From Candidatus Saccharimonadia bacterium (lineage in GTDB: Bacteria; Patescibacteriota; Saccharimonadia; Saccharimonadales; SZUA-47): DNA of 39,668 nt. Shown in pieces: positions 14,086 through 23,993 of this stretch (the stretch's first letter is position 1; each line of letters begins with the position of its first letter). The translations under genes and the position numbers were made by a program. The notes under the pieces were generated by a model. It was not told the origin of the DNA. It searched no databases and saw only the letters and a list, made by a program, of their open reading frames with translations. The DNA lies in NCBI GenBank assembly GCA_938050265.1, contig CALLJT010000010.1:1-39668 (forward strand). The letters are read 5' to 3'.

Positions 14086-16776
14086 CTACAGTTCGCTCCA
14101 CTTAGGGCCGATGGTCACGTCAACTTTCAGCTTCACGCCCAAGTCCGGCTTAATTCCTTCCATGATCTTTTTCATATCGGCGCCGATTTCTTCGGCATCG
14201 GACTCGGCGCACTCGATCATGATACTGTCATGCACCTGCATGATCTGGGCCGGCCATATCTTATCGCTCTTTGCTCGACGCTCTTCGAGCATCTGCTCGA
14301 CACTCACCATAGCCATCTTGGTCAGGTCGGCTGCCCCACCCTGGATCGGCATATTGATCGCTGCACGGTATGCGCCTTCACGCACCATGTACACACTTGA
14401 CTGCACGTCCGGGGTTGGTTTGCGGCGACCCATAATCGTTTCAACGTAGCCTTTGTTTTTGGCATCGTCTTTGAACTGATCGATCATGCCTTTGAGCTTT
14501 GGGCGGACTTCAAAATATTTATCTATAAAATCTTTTGCTTCGTCATACCCTATGCCTGTACCTGCAGCCAATCCGTGCACACCTTGCCCGTACAATATGC
14601 CGAAATTCACGGCTTTAGCGGCATAGCGCATTTCTTTGGTAACGTCATCTGCGTCCACACCCTGGATCAATGCAGCTGTTTCAGTGTGGATGTCACGGTC
14701 ATTGTTAAATGCGTTGATCATAGCTTCATCTGCACTCATTGCAGCTGCGATACGGAGCTCAAACTGGCTATAATCGGCGCTAATGATTACATTACCTGGC
14801 TCTGCGATAAAACCTCGTCGTATTTCACGACCCAACTCTGTCCGCACCGGAATGTTCTGTAGGTTTGGATCAGAGCTCGATAGCCGCCCGGTAGGTGTCA
14901 CCGTCAGACTCAGTGACCCATGGACCCTGTCGCCTTCGCCGACCATCGCCGGCAGCGGGTCAACATAGGTACTTTTAAGCTTAGTGTACTCACGGTAGCG
15001 CTCTATTTCTTCGACTATTGGGTGTAGGCCTTTGAGCTTCTCAAGCACGCCTACGGCCGTACTGTAATGACCGGATTTACCTTTTTTACTCACGTTAGTC
15101 GGCAGGCTCAGCGTCTCAAACAATATCTCCGACAGCTGGGCTGGGCTCGATATATTAAACTCCGTATCCGCATAGCCATAAATCGTTTGTTCAACATCGC
15201 CGATCCAGTCCTTGAGCTGCTCAGACAACTCAGCAAAAAACTCTACATCGAGCTTCATCCCGGTTCGTTCCATCCGAGCAAGTACCGGGATAATTGGCCA
15301 TTCAACGTGTTCAAGCAGCTTGATTACGCCCGTCAGTTCACTAACTTGTTCACCCTGTAGTTCAGCCAGTCTTCGAATAACTGCTACGATCTGAGGAGAC
15401 TTCGCTAGCAGCTCTTCGTCATCGAGCGCATCAAGCTCGGTGTCTATACCGATATCGCTTGCGGCTTGTTCAGTGAGTGACAGATCCTTACGCATGCTGT
15501 TGTGCACAAATGCACCGATATACGTGTCGTGCGTCACCGCAGGTAGGTTGTCTGCCCCAAGCTCTAACAGGGTTTGAAAATGTGTTTTGAGGTCATGACC
15601 GGTTATAGAGTTGAGCAGTGAACATTGAGCAACGAGCAATGGAGTAATTTCTTTTTTATTTTTGCGCAGATCGTACACATAACACGTTTTTTCATCAGAT
15701 AGGAACACGAACTTTGGGTCTACGCCGTGCTTGCCGGCACTCCGCGCGTGTAGCACAACATCACCCTCCAGCTCAACTTTGGTCTTGGCATCAACCATCA
15801 CAACCCGTGGCTTATGCAGATCATCTATATGGTTACGTTTGTCGTCCCCTGCTCCTTGCTCACTACTCACTGCTCCACTTGCCGACGCCCGCATGCCCTC
15901 CGGTAGATTCCTCAGAAGAGACCGGAACTCTAAACGTTTCAAAATATCTGCCAGCTTGTGAGCATCGAGCTTGTCCACGTCCATCTGGTCTAGATCGAGT
16001 CCAATCGGCGCGTCGTCAAACAGCCGAGCTACTTCCCGGCTCATATAGGCAGACTCCTTGCCTGCCTCAAGCTTCTTGGCCAATGAGTGCTTAATCAATG
16101 CCAGGTTTTCGTACACTCCGTCGAGTGTGTCATATTCCTGCAGCAACTTGGCTGCACCTTTTTCGCCTATGCCTGGCACGCCTGGTATGTTGTCGGAACT
16201 GTCACCCATGAGCGCTTTTGCATCCAAAAATTGATCAACGCGGATGCCGTATTTTTCTTCGAACGCTTTTGGATCATATTTGTGTATGTTGGTCAGGCCT
16301 TTTTTTAACGCATACATATGTGTGTGTTCATCTATACTCTGCAAAGCGTCCATGTCGCTGGTGATTAGCATCGTCTCGAGGCCCTCTTTGTGTGCCTTCA
16401 GAGCCATTGTGTGCATAATGTCGTCTGCTTCGTAGTCGTCGAACTCATATAGTGGCCAGTTAAACGCCGCGAGTACTTCGTGCAGTATGGGTATTTGTTC
16501 ATAAAAATCTGGCGGTGGAGGTTTACGCCCAGCTTTGTACTCAGGGTGAACTTTGAGCCGTTTGCGTATATTGGTCTTGGGCTTGTCCCACGCGACACAG
16601 ACGTAATCTGGCTCCAGCCGCTTGATCAGCTCCAGCGCCATCGCACAAAATCCGTAGACGCCACCTGTAGGCGTACCGTCCTTTGTGCGTAAATTTGGCA
16701 TCGCATAATACCCACGGTAGAAGACGCTTTTGCCGTCAATAATCGCTAATTTTTTCCGAGACGCTACTCCTGCCAT
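14086..16776 (-). CDS. polA: DNA polymerase I (5'-3' exonuclease, degenerate 3'-5' exonuclease-like region, polymerase domain)
   Basis: 896 aa. The N-terminal FEN-like domain reads LAIIDGKSVFYRGYYA. The C-terminus carries the family A motifs DYSQFELRI, RYAAKAVNFGILYG and QVHDSI. Confidence 0.97.
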   Translation of the reverse strand: MAGVASRKKLAIIDGKSVFYRGYYAMPNLRTKDGTPTGGVYGFCAMALELIKRLEPDYVCVAWDKPKTNIRKRLKVHPEYKAGRKPPPPDFYEQIPILHEVLAAFNWPLYEFDDYEADDIMHTMALKAHKEGLETMLITSDMDALQSIDEHTHMYALKKGLTNIHKYDPKAFEEKYGIRVDQFLDAKALMGDSSDNIPGVPGIGEKGAAKLLQEYDTLDGVYENLALIKHSLAKKLEAGKESAYMSREVARLFDDAPIGLDLDQMDVDKLDAHKLADILKRLEFRSLLRNLPEGMRASASGAVSSEQGAGDDKRNHIDDLHKPRVVMVDAKTKVELEGDVVLHARSAGKHGVDPKFVFLSDEKTCYVYDLRKNKKEITPLLVAQCSLLNSITGHDLKTHFQTLLELGADNLPAVTHDTYIGAFVHNSMRKDLSLTEQAASDIGIDTELDALDDEELLAKSPQIVAVIRRLAELQGEQVSELTGVIKLLEHVEWPIIPVLARMERTGMKLDVEFFAELSEQLKDWIGDVEQTIYGYADTEFNISSPAQLSEILFETLSLPTNVSKKGKSGHYSTAVGVLEKLKGLHPIVEEIERYREYTKLKSTYVDPLPAMVGEGDRVHGSLSLTVTPTGRLSSSDPNLQNIPVRTELGREIRRGFIAEPGNVIISADYSQFELRIAAAMSADEAMINAFNNDRDIHTETAALIQGVDADDVTKEMRYAAKAVNFGILYGQGVHGLAAGTGIGYDEAKDFIDKYFEVRPKLKGMIDQFKDDAKNKGYVETIMGRRKPTPDVQSSVYMVREGAYRAAINMPIQGGAADLTKMAMVSVEQMLEERRAKSDKIWPAQIMQVHDSIMIECAESDAEEIGADMKKIMEGIKPDLGVKLKVDVTIGPKWSEL

Positions 16777-16854
16777 ACCTACAGTATACGCCTTGGCTCT
16801 AGCAGATGTATACTGACTGTATAGACTACGAAACTAACTTAAGGAGAACCCAGC

Positions 16855-17355
16855 ATGGACACACCTACACACGATAGTGAAACTCCGGCACACGGACAGC
16901 AAGTAATTACGGCATGTGCCTTTATACACGCCGATGTGGACGGAGTTCGTAAAGTGTTTCTACCGAAGCGCGCAGCGACAAAAAAATTTCTCCCAGGTAT
17001 ATTTGAACTTCCAGGTGGCCACATAGATTATGGCGAAGAAATGGCCACCGGCTTGAAACGTGAAATTAAAGAAGAATTCAATAAAAACATCACGGTAGGT
17101 GATCCGTTTTTTGTATTTACATATACCAATCCAGTTAAGGGGTCACACTCGATCGAAGTCGTGTATTTTGCACAGTTCAGCGACAACACGGACAACATCA
17201 TACTCGATCCATCAGACCACTCAGAATACGTGTGGGTAAGCGAAGATGAGCTTGCGACCGTCTATACGGACAATCAACAAGTCGACGATATTGAATTTAC
17301 CGCAGTCCGCAAAGGTTTTGCCTTGCTAGGTGGTGCACCCCTCGTGGCGCAGTAG
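16855..17355 (+). CDS. Nudix hydrolase (MutT-like)
   Basis: Nudix box GGHIDYGEEMATGLKREIKEEFN. AAGGAG SD at 16841-16846. Confidence 0.85.
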   Translation: MDTPTHDSETPAHGQQVITACAFIHADVDGVRKVFLPKRAATKKFLPGIFELPGGHIDYGEEMATGLKREIKEEFNKNITVGDPFFVFTYTNPVKGSHSIEVVYFAQFSDNTDNIILDPSDHSEYVWVSEDELATVYTDNQQVDDIEFTAVRKGFALLGGAPLVAQ

Positions 17356-17414
17356 CAGTAAGTGTCCCGTAGCACCCGCGCTCAAGGCTGGACGATGGGA
17401 GTTTTATATATAAA

Positions 17415-17463
17415 ATGTAAAGTTTACTTTACATTAAGAGAGTCAGTGCTTTACTATGTAAAG
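17415..17463. promoter_or_regulatory. Two palindromic operator-like sites sharing the half-site TGTAAAG
   Basis: ATGTAAAGTTTACTTTACAT (17415-17434) and CTTTACTATGTAAAG (17449-17463) lie in an AT-rich leader upstream of the spondin-like gene. Confidence 0.4.
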
Positions 17464-17529
17464 GTCACTATACATTATCAGTATACATGACGCGTAGGGT
17501 ATAAATAACAAATTGGTAAAAGGAGCTTT

Positions 17530-19113
17530 ATGACTCGACTAATAGCAAACAAAGTACTACTTGGGACAGCGCTTTTCGCGCTCGCTGGACTACCGGGCAT
17601 CGGTACAACGGCAGTGTCGGCGATGCCCATGAACAAGCACGCATCATCGCACACTCGACCAGAAATGTCACTCGGGCATTTTCAAGTAACCATACATAAC
17701 GTCAGTACGGACCAGCCGCTCGCGCCGGGTATATATGTTGTACATGACGACCGAGCATCACTCAACTTCGAGGGTCAACTCTCCCCTGCTGCGTTTGAAT
17801 CGCTGGCAGAAGTAGGCAGCCCAACGGCTGCTGCAGAGCTTGTAGCAACACTACCTGGTGTGCATGATGTTATCGTAATGGACGCACCAGTCACGCCTGG
17901 CGAAAGCACCACCCTCAATATACAAGCACCAGTTGGCAGTCTCCTCTCTGGGCTACAAATGCCAGTCGCAACAAACGACGGGCTTGCGCTTGTAGATTCT
18001 GTAAAGCTTACGGGTAGATCACAGACTATCGATGCAGCTAACTACGACAACGGTACTGAAGAAAACAGTCCACTTGGCTCTGGATTTGACGGTGGTCAAC
18101 CTGACCCAAGCCGTGGAGCCGAAAACATCGACAACGGTGTTGCAACTGACCCGCAGGAACCGTTTGCTGTTCACCCACAGCTGACAGACACCGTACTGCG
18201 TGTGAGTGTAGACAAAATGAAAAAAGACAAAGCACCGAAATCTCACAGCTACGACGTCACAATCTATAACACGAGCACGGACCAGCCGCTCGCGCCTGGT
18301 ATATATGTTGTACATGACGACCGAGCATCACTCAACTTCGAGGGTCAACTCTCCCCTGCTGCGTTTGAATCGCTGGCAGAAGTAGGCAGCCCTGCCGCTG
18401 CAGCTGAACTCGTACAGTCACTCCCTGGTGTCATGAGCGTACACGTTATGGATGCACCGATACTACCAGGTGAAATGACACAGTTCGAGATCATGGCGCC
18501 ACATGGCTACTTATTCTCTGGGTTACAGATGCCAGTCGCAACAAACGACGGACTCGCACTGATTGATTCGATCACGCTGCAAGGAGAGGCCGTAGAAATG
18601 TATGCCGAAAACTACGACAACGGTACTGAAGAAAACAGTCCACTTGGCTCTGGATTCGACGGTGGTCAACCTGACCCAAGCCGGGGCGCTGAAAACATCG
18701 ACAACGGTGTTGCAACTGACCCACAGGAAGTAGTCGCACCGCATCCGCAGCTCACTACACCAGTGTTGAAAGCCTCTGTTGAGCCCGTCCGCGGTCCACT
18801 ATCGTGCGAACTACACGGCTACAACCGCAATAATATGTCAGAAACGTTTTCGAGCGGCCAAGACATTGCACTACACACCAACGTCGGGCTGAAGGTGCAT
18901 GCACCAGACGCAGTGAGTTACGATTGGTATGTTGATTTCAACGGCGACGACATTGAGAATACTCGCCAGCACGAAGTAGCAGAAGATACATGGAGCTATA
19001 CCGTATGGAGCCATGGAACGTTCACCTACACAGTGAAGGTTACTGATGTACACGGCGAAACAGCTACGTGTTCATTCGACGTACACGTGCCATACGCACA
19101 CGATCGCCAGTAA
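17530..19113 (+). CDS. Secreted protein with two tandem spondin-N-like domains and a C-terminal PKD/Ig-like domain
   Basis: Signal peptide MTRLIANKVLLGTALFALAGLPGIGTTAVSA. A ~190-aa module is repeated (FESLAEVGSP...MPVATNDGLAL...YDNGTEENSPLGSGFDGGQPDP). The C-terminus reads YTVKVTDVHGETATCSFDV. SD is AAAGGAG. Confidence 0.8.
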   Translation: MTRLIANKVLLGTALFALAGLPGIGTTAVSAMPMNKHASSHTRPEMSLGHFQVTIHNVSTDQPLAPGIYVVHDDRASLNFEGQLSPAAFESLAEVGSPTAAAELVATLPGVHDVIVMDAPVTPGESTTLNIQAPVGSLLSGLQMPVATNDGLALVDSVKLTGRSQTIDAANYDNGTEENSPLGSGFDGGQPDPSRGAENIDNGVATDPQEPFAVHPQLTDTVLRVSVDKMKKDKAPKSHSYDVTIYNTSTDQPLAPGIYVVHDDRASLNFEGQLSPAAFESLAEVGSPAAAAELVQSLPGVMSVHVMDAPILPGEMTQFEIMAPHGYLFSGLQMPVATNDGLALIDSITLQGEAVEMYAENYDNGTEENSPLGSGFDGGQPDPSRGAENIDNGVATDPQEVVAPHPQLTTPVLKASVEPVRGPLSCELHGYNRNNMSETFSSGQDIALHTNVGLKVHAPDAVSYDWYVDFNGDDIENTRQHEVAEDTWSYTVWSHGTFTYTVKVTDVHGETATCSFDVHVPYAHDRQ

Positions 19114-19134
19114 CAACGAGGCCATCCACGCATC

Positions 19135-19174
19135 GAACGGCACACATGATCAGTACGGGTTATGTGTGCCGTTC
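19135..19174. terminator. 13-bp perfect stem hairpin between convergent genes (possible bidirectional terminator)
   Basis: GAACGGCACACAT-N14-ATGTGTGCCGTTC. No clear U-tract follows. Confidence 0.4.
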
Positions 19175-19199
19175 ATCATAGTTAGTATGTAGAAATAGT

Positions 19200-19766
19200 C
19201 TAAGGTTTTATTTTCGCCGCGACTTGATCTTTCAGTTCGTCCAGTGTGCCATCGTTCACTACAAGAATATCTGCTGAATCGATAATACTTCGAATACCCC
19301 GCTGCGGTCCGTCGCCAATACCTTTGTTTTCGAGTGTATCCTGTTTGAGAAACGCCTCGAAGTCCCGCTGCGACTCTGCGTCACGCACACGCGACTGTAT
19401 ACGCTCATGTCGAACCTGTGGACTCGCATCAACACCGACTATAATGCCGCCCGCCGCCCGTACAGCATCTGCTTCACCGACGGATCGTAGTCCCGTGATT
19501 AGCTGCACATCAAAGCTACGCTCCCTCGCCTGCATGATGCCCATCTGAACAGTAGTCGCCTGATTGAGAGCTCGTAGTTCATTCGCAACTGCATACAACT
19601 GGTCACGAATGATCGGCGTGTCTTGACTGACACCGAACACATGTCGTGTGACCGAGCGCACAAAATCGCTAGTATTCCAATGGTGCGCCTTCAGTAGCAC
19701 ACATATCATTTCAGCAACAGTATCCTTGCCGCTCCCTGCCGTTCCTGCAAGTCCTATAATCTTCAT
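19200..19766 (-). CDS. P-loop nucleotide kinase-like protein (CoaE / dNMP-kinase-like)
   Basis: Walker A motif IIGLAGTAGSGKDT. 188 aa, starting 6 nt after the rpoD stop. Confidence 0.6.
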   Translation of the reverse strand: MKIIGLAGTAGSGKDTVAEMICVLLKAHHWNTSDFVRSVTRHVFGVSQDTPIIRDQLYAVANELRALNQATTVQMGIMQARERSFDVQLITGLRSVGEADAVRAAGGIIVGVDASPQVRHERIQSRVRDAESQRDFEAFLKQDTLENKGIGDGPQRGIRSIIDSADILVVNDGTLDELKDQVAAKIKP

Positions 19767-19772
19767 ACGCCC

Positions 19773-21152
19773 CTACTTCAAGTAGTCCATCAAGTTACGG
19801 CTGTCTTTGTGTTTTTTGAGCTTTGCCAAGGCTTTAGCTTCGATCTGGCGAATACGTTCACGAGTAACCGAAAACTCCTGCCCCACTTCTTCAAGCGTGT
19901 GGTTTTTGCCGTCTTCGAGACCGAACCGCAGGCGCAGGATTTTTTGTTCACGTTCGCTCAGGCTACCGAGCAGACCTTTGACCTGTTCTTTGAGTAGCTG
20001 ACCTGTCGCTGATTCTTCTGGGGTAACCGTGTCTTCGTCTTCGATAAAATCACCGAGCACACTGTCTTCTTCGTCGTCACGGACACTGGCGTCGAGTGAA
20101 CTAATATCTTGTTTGATTTTCATGATGTGTTCGACTTTTTCAACGTCCATTTCCAGCTCAGCACCGAGCTCTTCGTTGGTCGGCTCACGGTTCAGCTCCT
20201 GGGTCATGCGGCGCTGTGTACGAAGCAGTTTGTTGATTGTCTCGACCATGTGCACAGGGATGCGGATCGTACGGGCCTGGTCAGCGATAGCACGTGTGAT
20301 AGCCTGGCGGATCCACCATGTTGCATAGGTAGAAAACTTGAAGCCTTTGTCTGGGTCAAACTTTTCAACCGCACGGAGCAAACCAGTGTTGCCTTCCTGG
20401 ATGAGGTCGAGGAGGTCGAGACCACGACCGACGTAGCGTTTAGCTATCGACACTACAAGTCGCATGTTCGCCTCAGCCATCTGATCCTTGGCCTTCAGTT
20501 CACCTGCAACAACTCGCTTGGCCAGCGCAAGTTCTTCTTCGGCTGTAAGCAGTGGTATCTTACCGATTTCGCGCAGATACAGACGGACCGAATCATCCGA
20601 CACGTCGTCGAGATATTTGGCCTGTTTGGCAAGTTTTTTCGGGTCTTCTTCCTCTTCTTCTGCCTCCCACTCACCTGCTGTAGCCGAGCCGTCAACTTCT
20701 ATCATGCCAGTGAGTTCTGATCCGGCGTCAACGATGTCGTTATACAGCTGGTCAAGCGTCTCTAGGTTTGCTGGGTCTTCCGGTATGACTGCAAGGATGT
20801 CTTTTTGGTCGATTTTACCGTCTTTTGTGGCTTGTTCAAGTAGGTCTTTTGCCGCCTGTATCACGTCACCTGACGGCTGTGCCGCTGGTGAGCTGTCTTT
20901 TTTGGATTTCTTAGCACCCGTTTTTGGCGTGCGTGATGCAGCGGCAGATTTTTTCTGTGCTGGCTTCGGCTTAGTTGTCGTCTTTTCTGCCGGCTTTTTT
21001 ACTGACTTCTTGGTTTGTTTCTTTGCCGGACTGCTGGCTGGACTCTTAGCTGAGCTCTTGGATGAACTCTTAGTTGAACTCTCTGCTGACTTCGCAGCAG
21101 CTGATTCGTCTTTTTTGGGAGTGTCGTTGGATTTTTTGCGTCGATTAAACAT
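19773..21152 (-). CDS. rpoD: RNA polymerase primary sigma factor with a Lys/Ser/Ala-rich N-terminal tail
   Basis: Regions 1.2-4.2 are present: [45 protein letters not shown] and [20 protein letters not shown]. Confidence 0.97.
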   Translation of the reverse strand: MFNRRKKSNDTPKKDESAAAKSAESSTKSSSKSSAKSPASSPAKKQTKKSVKKPAEKTTTKPKPAQKKSAAASRTPKTGAKKSKKDSSPAAQPSGDVIQAAKDLLEQATKDGKIDQKDILAVIPEDPANLETLDQLYNDIVDAGSELTGMIEVDGSATAGEWEAEEEEEDPKKLAKQAKYLDDVSDDSVRLYLREIGKIPLLTAEEELALAKRVVAGELKAKDQMAEANMRLVVSIAKRYVGRGLDLLDLIQEGNTGLLRAVEKFDPDKGFKFSTYATWWIRQAITRAIADQARTIRIPVHMVETINKLLRTQRRMTQELNREPTNEELGAELEMDVEKVEHIMKIKQDISSLDASVRDDEEDSVLGDFIEDEDTVTPEESATGQLLKEQVKGLLGSLSEREQKILRLRFGLEDGKNHTLEEVGQEFSVTRERIRQIEAKALAKLKKHKDSRNLMDYLK

Positions 21153-21241
21153 AGTGCTGTGCGTGCTACGAAAGTGGGCATAAACTCTCTTGGCGAAAGC
21201 TCACGTGCACTGTTCGATGTCCCTTCTTGATTGCTAGTATT

Positions 21242-22996
21242 CTAATGTGTTTTTTCAGAGCTCGAAAACTGAACTATGAGATCGTCAAGCTGCTTAACTG
21301 CTTGTAGTAATATGCCTTGTTCGTTTTCTGTTGCTTCAGCGAGCTCTTGTGCGAGGGCTGATTTTTTCGTTTTTGCGTATACTCGTACCAGTCTGCTAAT
21401 GAGTCGATGGGCTTGATAGCGCAGCTCATGTTCGTCAGTATGCTGGTAGAATTCCTCGTATAGAAGTGCCAACATTGTACCATATTCTTTGTTATCGAGC
21501 GAAGGTGTGACGCCTGGGTGGTCGGCGATCAGTCGCGCCGCAGTCTGAGCCCCCTCAGAAAACACATCCACCGGGATACGTCGGACCATCTCCCCTATCA
21601 CACTATGCTTTGAGCCAAGGGCCAAAATGTGCTGTTCGCGAACACGCTGTTCTTTAGCACTCTGCTGTTCATCTTGTTTTTGCGGGGCTACACGCTTGAG
21701 TCGTTTTTGTGTCGTCTGCTTGGCATTGATTTTGTCAGTGATTGTTTGTATCGACGTGCTTGTGCGTGTGGCCAGCACATCCGCATAATGCTCTTGTTCG
21801 ACGGGGTCGCTGAGCTGTTTTAATATAGGTATAATTTCGGCTACAAATCGTCGTTTACCCTGTGCGCTTTTCATGTCTACACTGCCTGCGACCCGGTCGA
21901 TCAGCCAATCCACCATATACTGTGGGTTTTCAACGACAGCCTGCCACAATCGGGCGTCCTGCGCGATCAGCTCGTCCGGGTCTTTACCCTCTGGGACCGA
22001 AATAATGCTCATGTCGATACCACCGAGGCTTTGAGCGAGTGGGATCGCCCGTTTTGCTGCGTCGTGACCCGCCCGGTCGTCATCAAACGCTACTCGAATA
22101 TCGCCCGTGAACCGCTTAAGACTTTTCAGATGATGCGACGTTAAAGCAGTTCCGGCGCTGGCCACAACATTACACACGCCAGCCTGATGAGACGCTACTA
22201 CATCCAGGTTGCCCTCGACAACGACCGCAAACCCTTGTTTACGGATGGCTTCCTTCGCGAGATAAAACCCAAACACTTGCCTGCCTTTGTCGTACAACTG
22301 TGTCGCTGGCGTATTGATATATTTCGGACCATGTGCCGTGTCGGACAGTTTACGTGCGGTGAACCCAACGGGCCGACCCTGTCCATCTCGCAGAGGTATC
22401 ATCACCCGACCGCGAAACATATCGTAGACATCTGAGCCACGACTACTCACAAGACCTGCCTGTTTCAACTCATCCGCATCGTATCCTTTCGATGTGAGGT
22501 GTTTTAGAAGTGCTTTGCCACTCTCTGGCGCATATCCAAACCGAAAATCCAGTATAGTCTGCTTACTATAGCCGCGTTTCTTGCGCACATATTCTAGTGG
22601 CGGTGTTGTGCGAGTTAGTTGTACCTGATAAAACTTCACCGCTGCTTCTACGGCTTCGTATAGTCGTTTTTTTGATCCAGAACTATTCGGTGCTTGGTCA
22701 CGAGTACCTGTGCGGTACTGCTCCAGATCGACACCGGCTTTCCTGGCGAGTACCTCAAGTGAACCTTTGAAATCCAAACCCTCTACTTCCTGAATAAAGC
22801 TGAACATATCACCACCGCGCCCTGAGCTGAAGTCATGCCATATTTGTTTCTCTGGGCTCACAACAAAACTCGGAGACTTTTCGTTTGTCCAAGGGCTCAG
22901 GCCTTTGAAGTTGCGACCAGCGCGCTTCAGCTGCACGTATTCACTCACAACGTCTTCTATGTCTAGGCGTGATTTGATATCTGCAACAGCATCCAT
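21242..22996 (-). CDS. dnaG: DNA primase
   Basis: The N-terminus is unusual: the zinc-ribbon region GLSPWTNEKSPSFVVSPEKQIWHDFSSGRGGDMFSF has no cysteines. A TOPRIM EGNLDV motif is present. The start was set to MDAVADIK (22996); the 41 upstream codons run into the repeat element. Confidence 0.92.
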   Translation of the reverse strand: MDAVADIKSRLDIEDVVSEYVQLKRAGRNFKGLSPWTNEKSPSFVVSPEKQIWHDFSSGRGGDMFSFIQEVEGLDFKGSLEVLARKAGVDLEQYRTGTRDQAPNSSGSKKRLYEAVEAAVKFYQVQLTRTTPPLEYVRKKRGYSKQTILDFRFGYAPESGKALLKHLTSKGYDADELKQAGLVSSRGSDVYDMFRGRVMIPLRDGQGRPVGFTARKLSDTAHGPKYINTPATQLYDKGRQVFGFYLAKEAIRKQGFAVVVEGNLDVVASHQAGVCNVVASAGTALTSHHLKSLKRFTGDIRVAFDDDRAGHDAAKRAIPLAQSLGGIDMSIISVPEGKDPDELIAQDARLWQAVVENPQYMVDWLIDRVAGSVDMKSAQGKRRFVAEIIPILKQLSDPVEQEHYADVLATRTSTSIQTITDKINAKQTTQKRLKRVAPQKQDEQQSAKEQRVREQHILALGSKHSVIGEMVRRIPVDVFSEGAQTAARLIADHPGVTPSLDNKEYGTMLALLYEEFYQHTDEHELRYQAHRLISRLVRVYAKTKKSALAQELAEATENEQGILLQAVKQLDDLIVQFSSSEKTH

Positions 22997-23071
22997 ACCT
23001 CTAGTATCGTGTATCGTCCTATAAAAACAAAGCATGTACGCTTCGAATGCCCTGTCTGCCATGCAGTGTTT

Positions 23072-23189
23072 CTGACCCACACTCACTTTTTCCTCAAGAG
23101 CAGTATAAGCGTAGTGCAACCAGAGGCGACCCTCCTAAGGGCGCCCCTGCGTGTAACGCTACTCGGAGGGAAAAGTGAGTGTGGGTCAG
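23072..23189. mobile_element. Palindromic MITE-like repeat, copy 3 (divergent variant)
   Basis: TIR TGACCCACACTCAC...GTGAGTGTGGGTCA, a perfect 14 bp. It is flanked by the perfect 9-bp direct repeat GCAGTGTTT (23063-23071 and 23190-23198). Confidence 0.8.
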
Positions 23190-23232
23190 GCAGTGTTTTG
23201 CCGCTTATGATTAAAATGGTAAAATTATAGGC

Positions 23233-23946
23233 ATGCAACCAGACCTACAAAATGGCGAAGAAAACCCCTACGGCTTTATATTCGACCAGAATTCTCAGAC
23301 GACACCCGGCACCAACACGGCGGCTGTCGGAGCAGACAAAACCAAGCAGTACCTCCTGTTTGGCGTATTCGCACTCGCTATCTTAGCAATTGCAGGTATT
23401 GCAGCAACCATATTCCTGAAGCCCACCCCACCGTCAGCACCTGAGCTCGTCCGTGTACGTGCAATTCAAAACGAACTTATCCGCGTCCGCGAAATCGGCA
23501 ACAAAAACCTTGGACAATACGATCTACGAAAAGATGTAGACACTATCAATCTTGTCCTGCAAACCGACACTGCAACAATTAGCGGCCTCATCAGAACCAG
23601 AGGTGTCGTCACCCTGCCTGGCGAACTATCACAGTTCAAAAACTCAACCTACGATACAAGTCTGCAAAACGCGCTCAGTAACGACACACATGACACGGTC
23701 TACCGCGATATCGTGGACCAGCTGGCTGGACAGTACTATGAATCAGTCAAAGCGGCCGAAAACCGTGCGGTCAGCAGAACCGAACAGGCCCAACTAGCAG
23801 CAGTACGTAGCAACATCGAAATCACGTTCGACTTCGAAGACCCGTCTGAGAGTACCGAGTCTACCGAGCGACAAGACACAGCGACAGAACCAAGCGAACC
23901 TGACGCAGACACCGCCGATGAACCTATCCCAAGCCTGTTTAATTAA
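23233..23946 (+). CDS. Membrane-anchored hypothetical protein
   Basis: 237 aa with one TM helix (YLLFGVFALAILAIAGIAATIFL) and an acidic C-terminal tail. Confidence 0.55.
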   Translation: MQPDLQNGEENPYGFIFDQNSQTTPGTNTAAVGADKTKQYLLFGVFALAILAIAGIAATIFLKPTPPSAPELVRVRAIQNELIRVREIGNKNLGQYDLRKDVDTINLVLQTDTATISGLIRTRGVVTLPGELSQFKNSTYDTSLQNALSNDTHDTVYRDIVDQLAGQYYESVKAAENRAVSRTEQAQLAAVRSNIEITFDFEDPSESTESTERQDTATEPSEPDADTADEPIPSLFN

Positions 23947-23993
23947 ACAGCGGCAGTCTAGTGGCTCTGTAGTAACTCTGATACGACAGAGGA

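Noticed and set aside
20488-21183. A 231-aa antisense ORF inside rpoD; similar long antisense ORFs lie at 9163-9792, 31993-32415 and 37312-37986.
   Set aside because: They lie opposite strongly supported genes and have low-complexity or atypical composition with no motifs. They are typical shadow ORFs.
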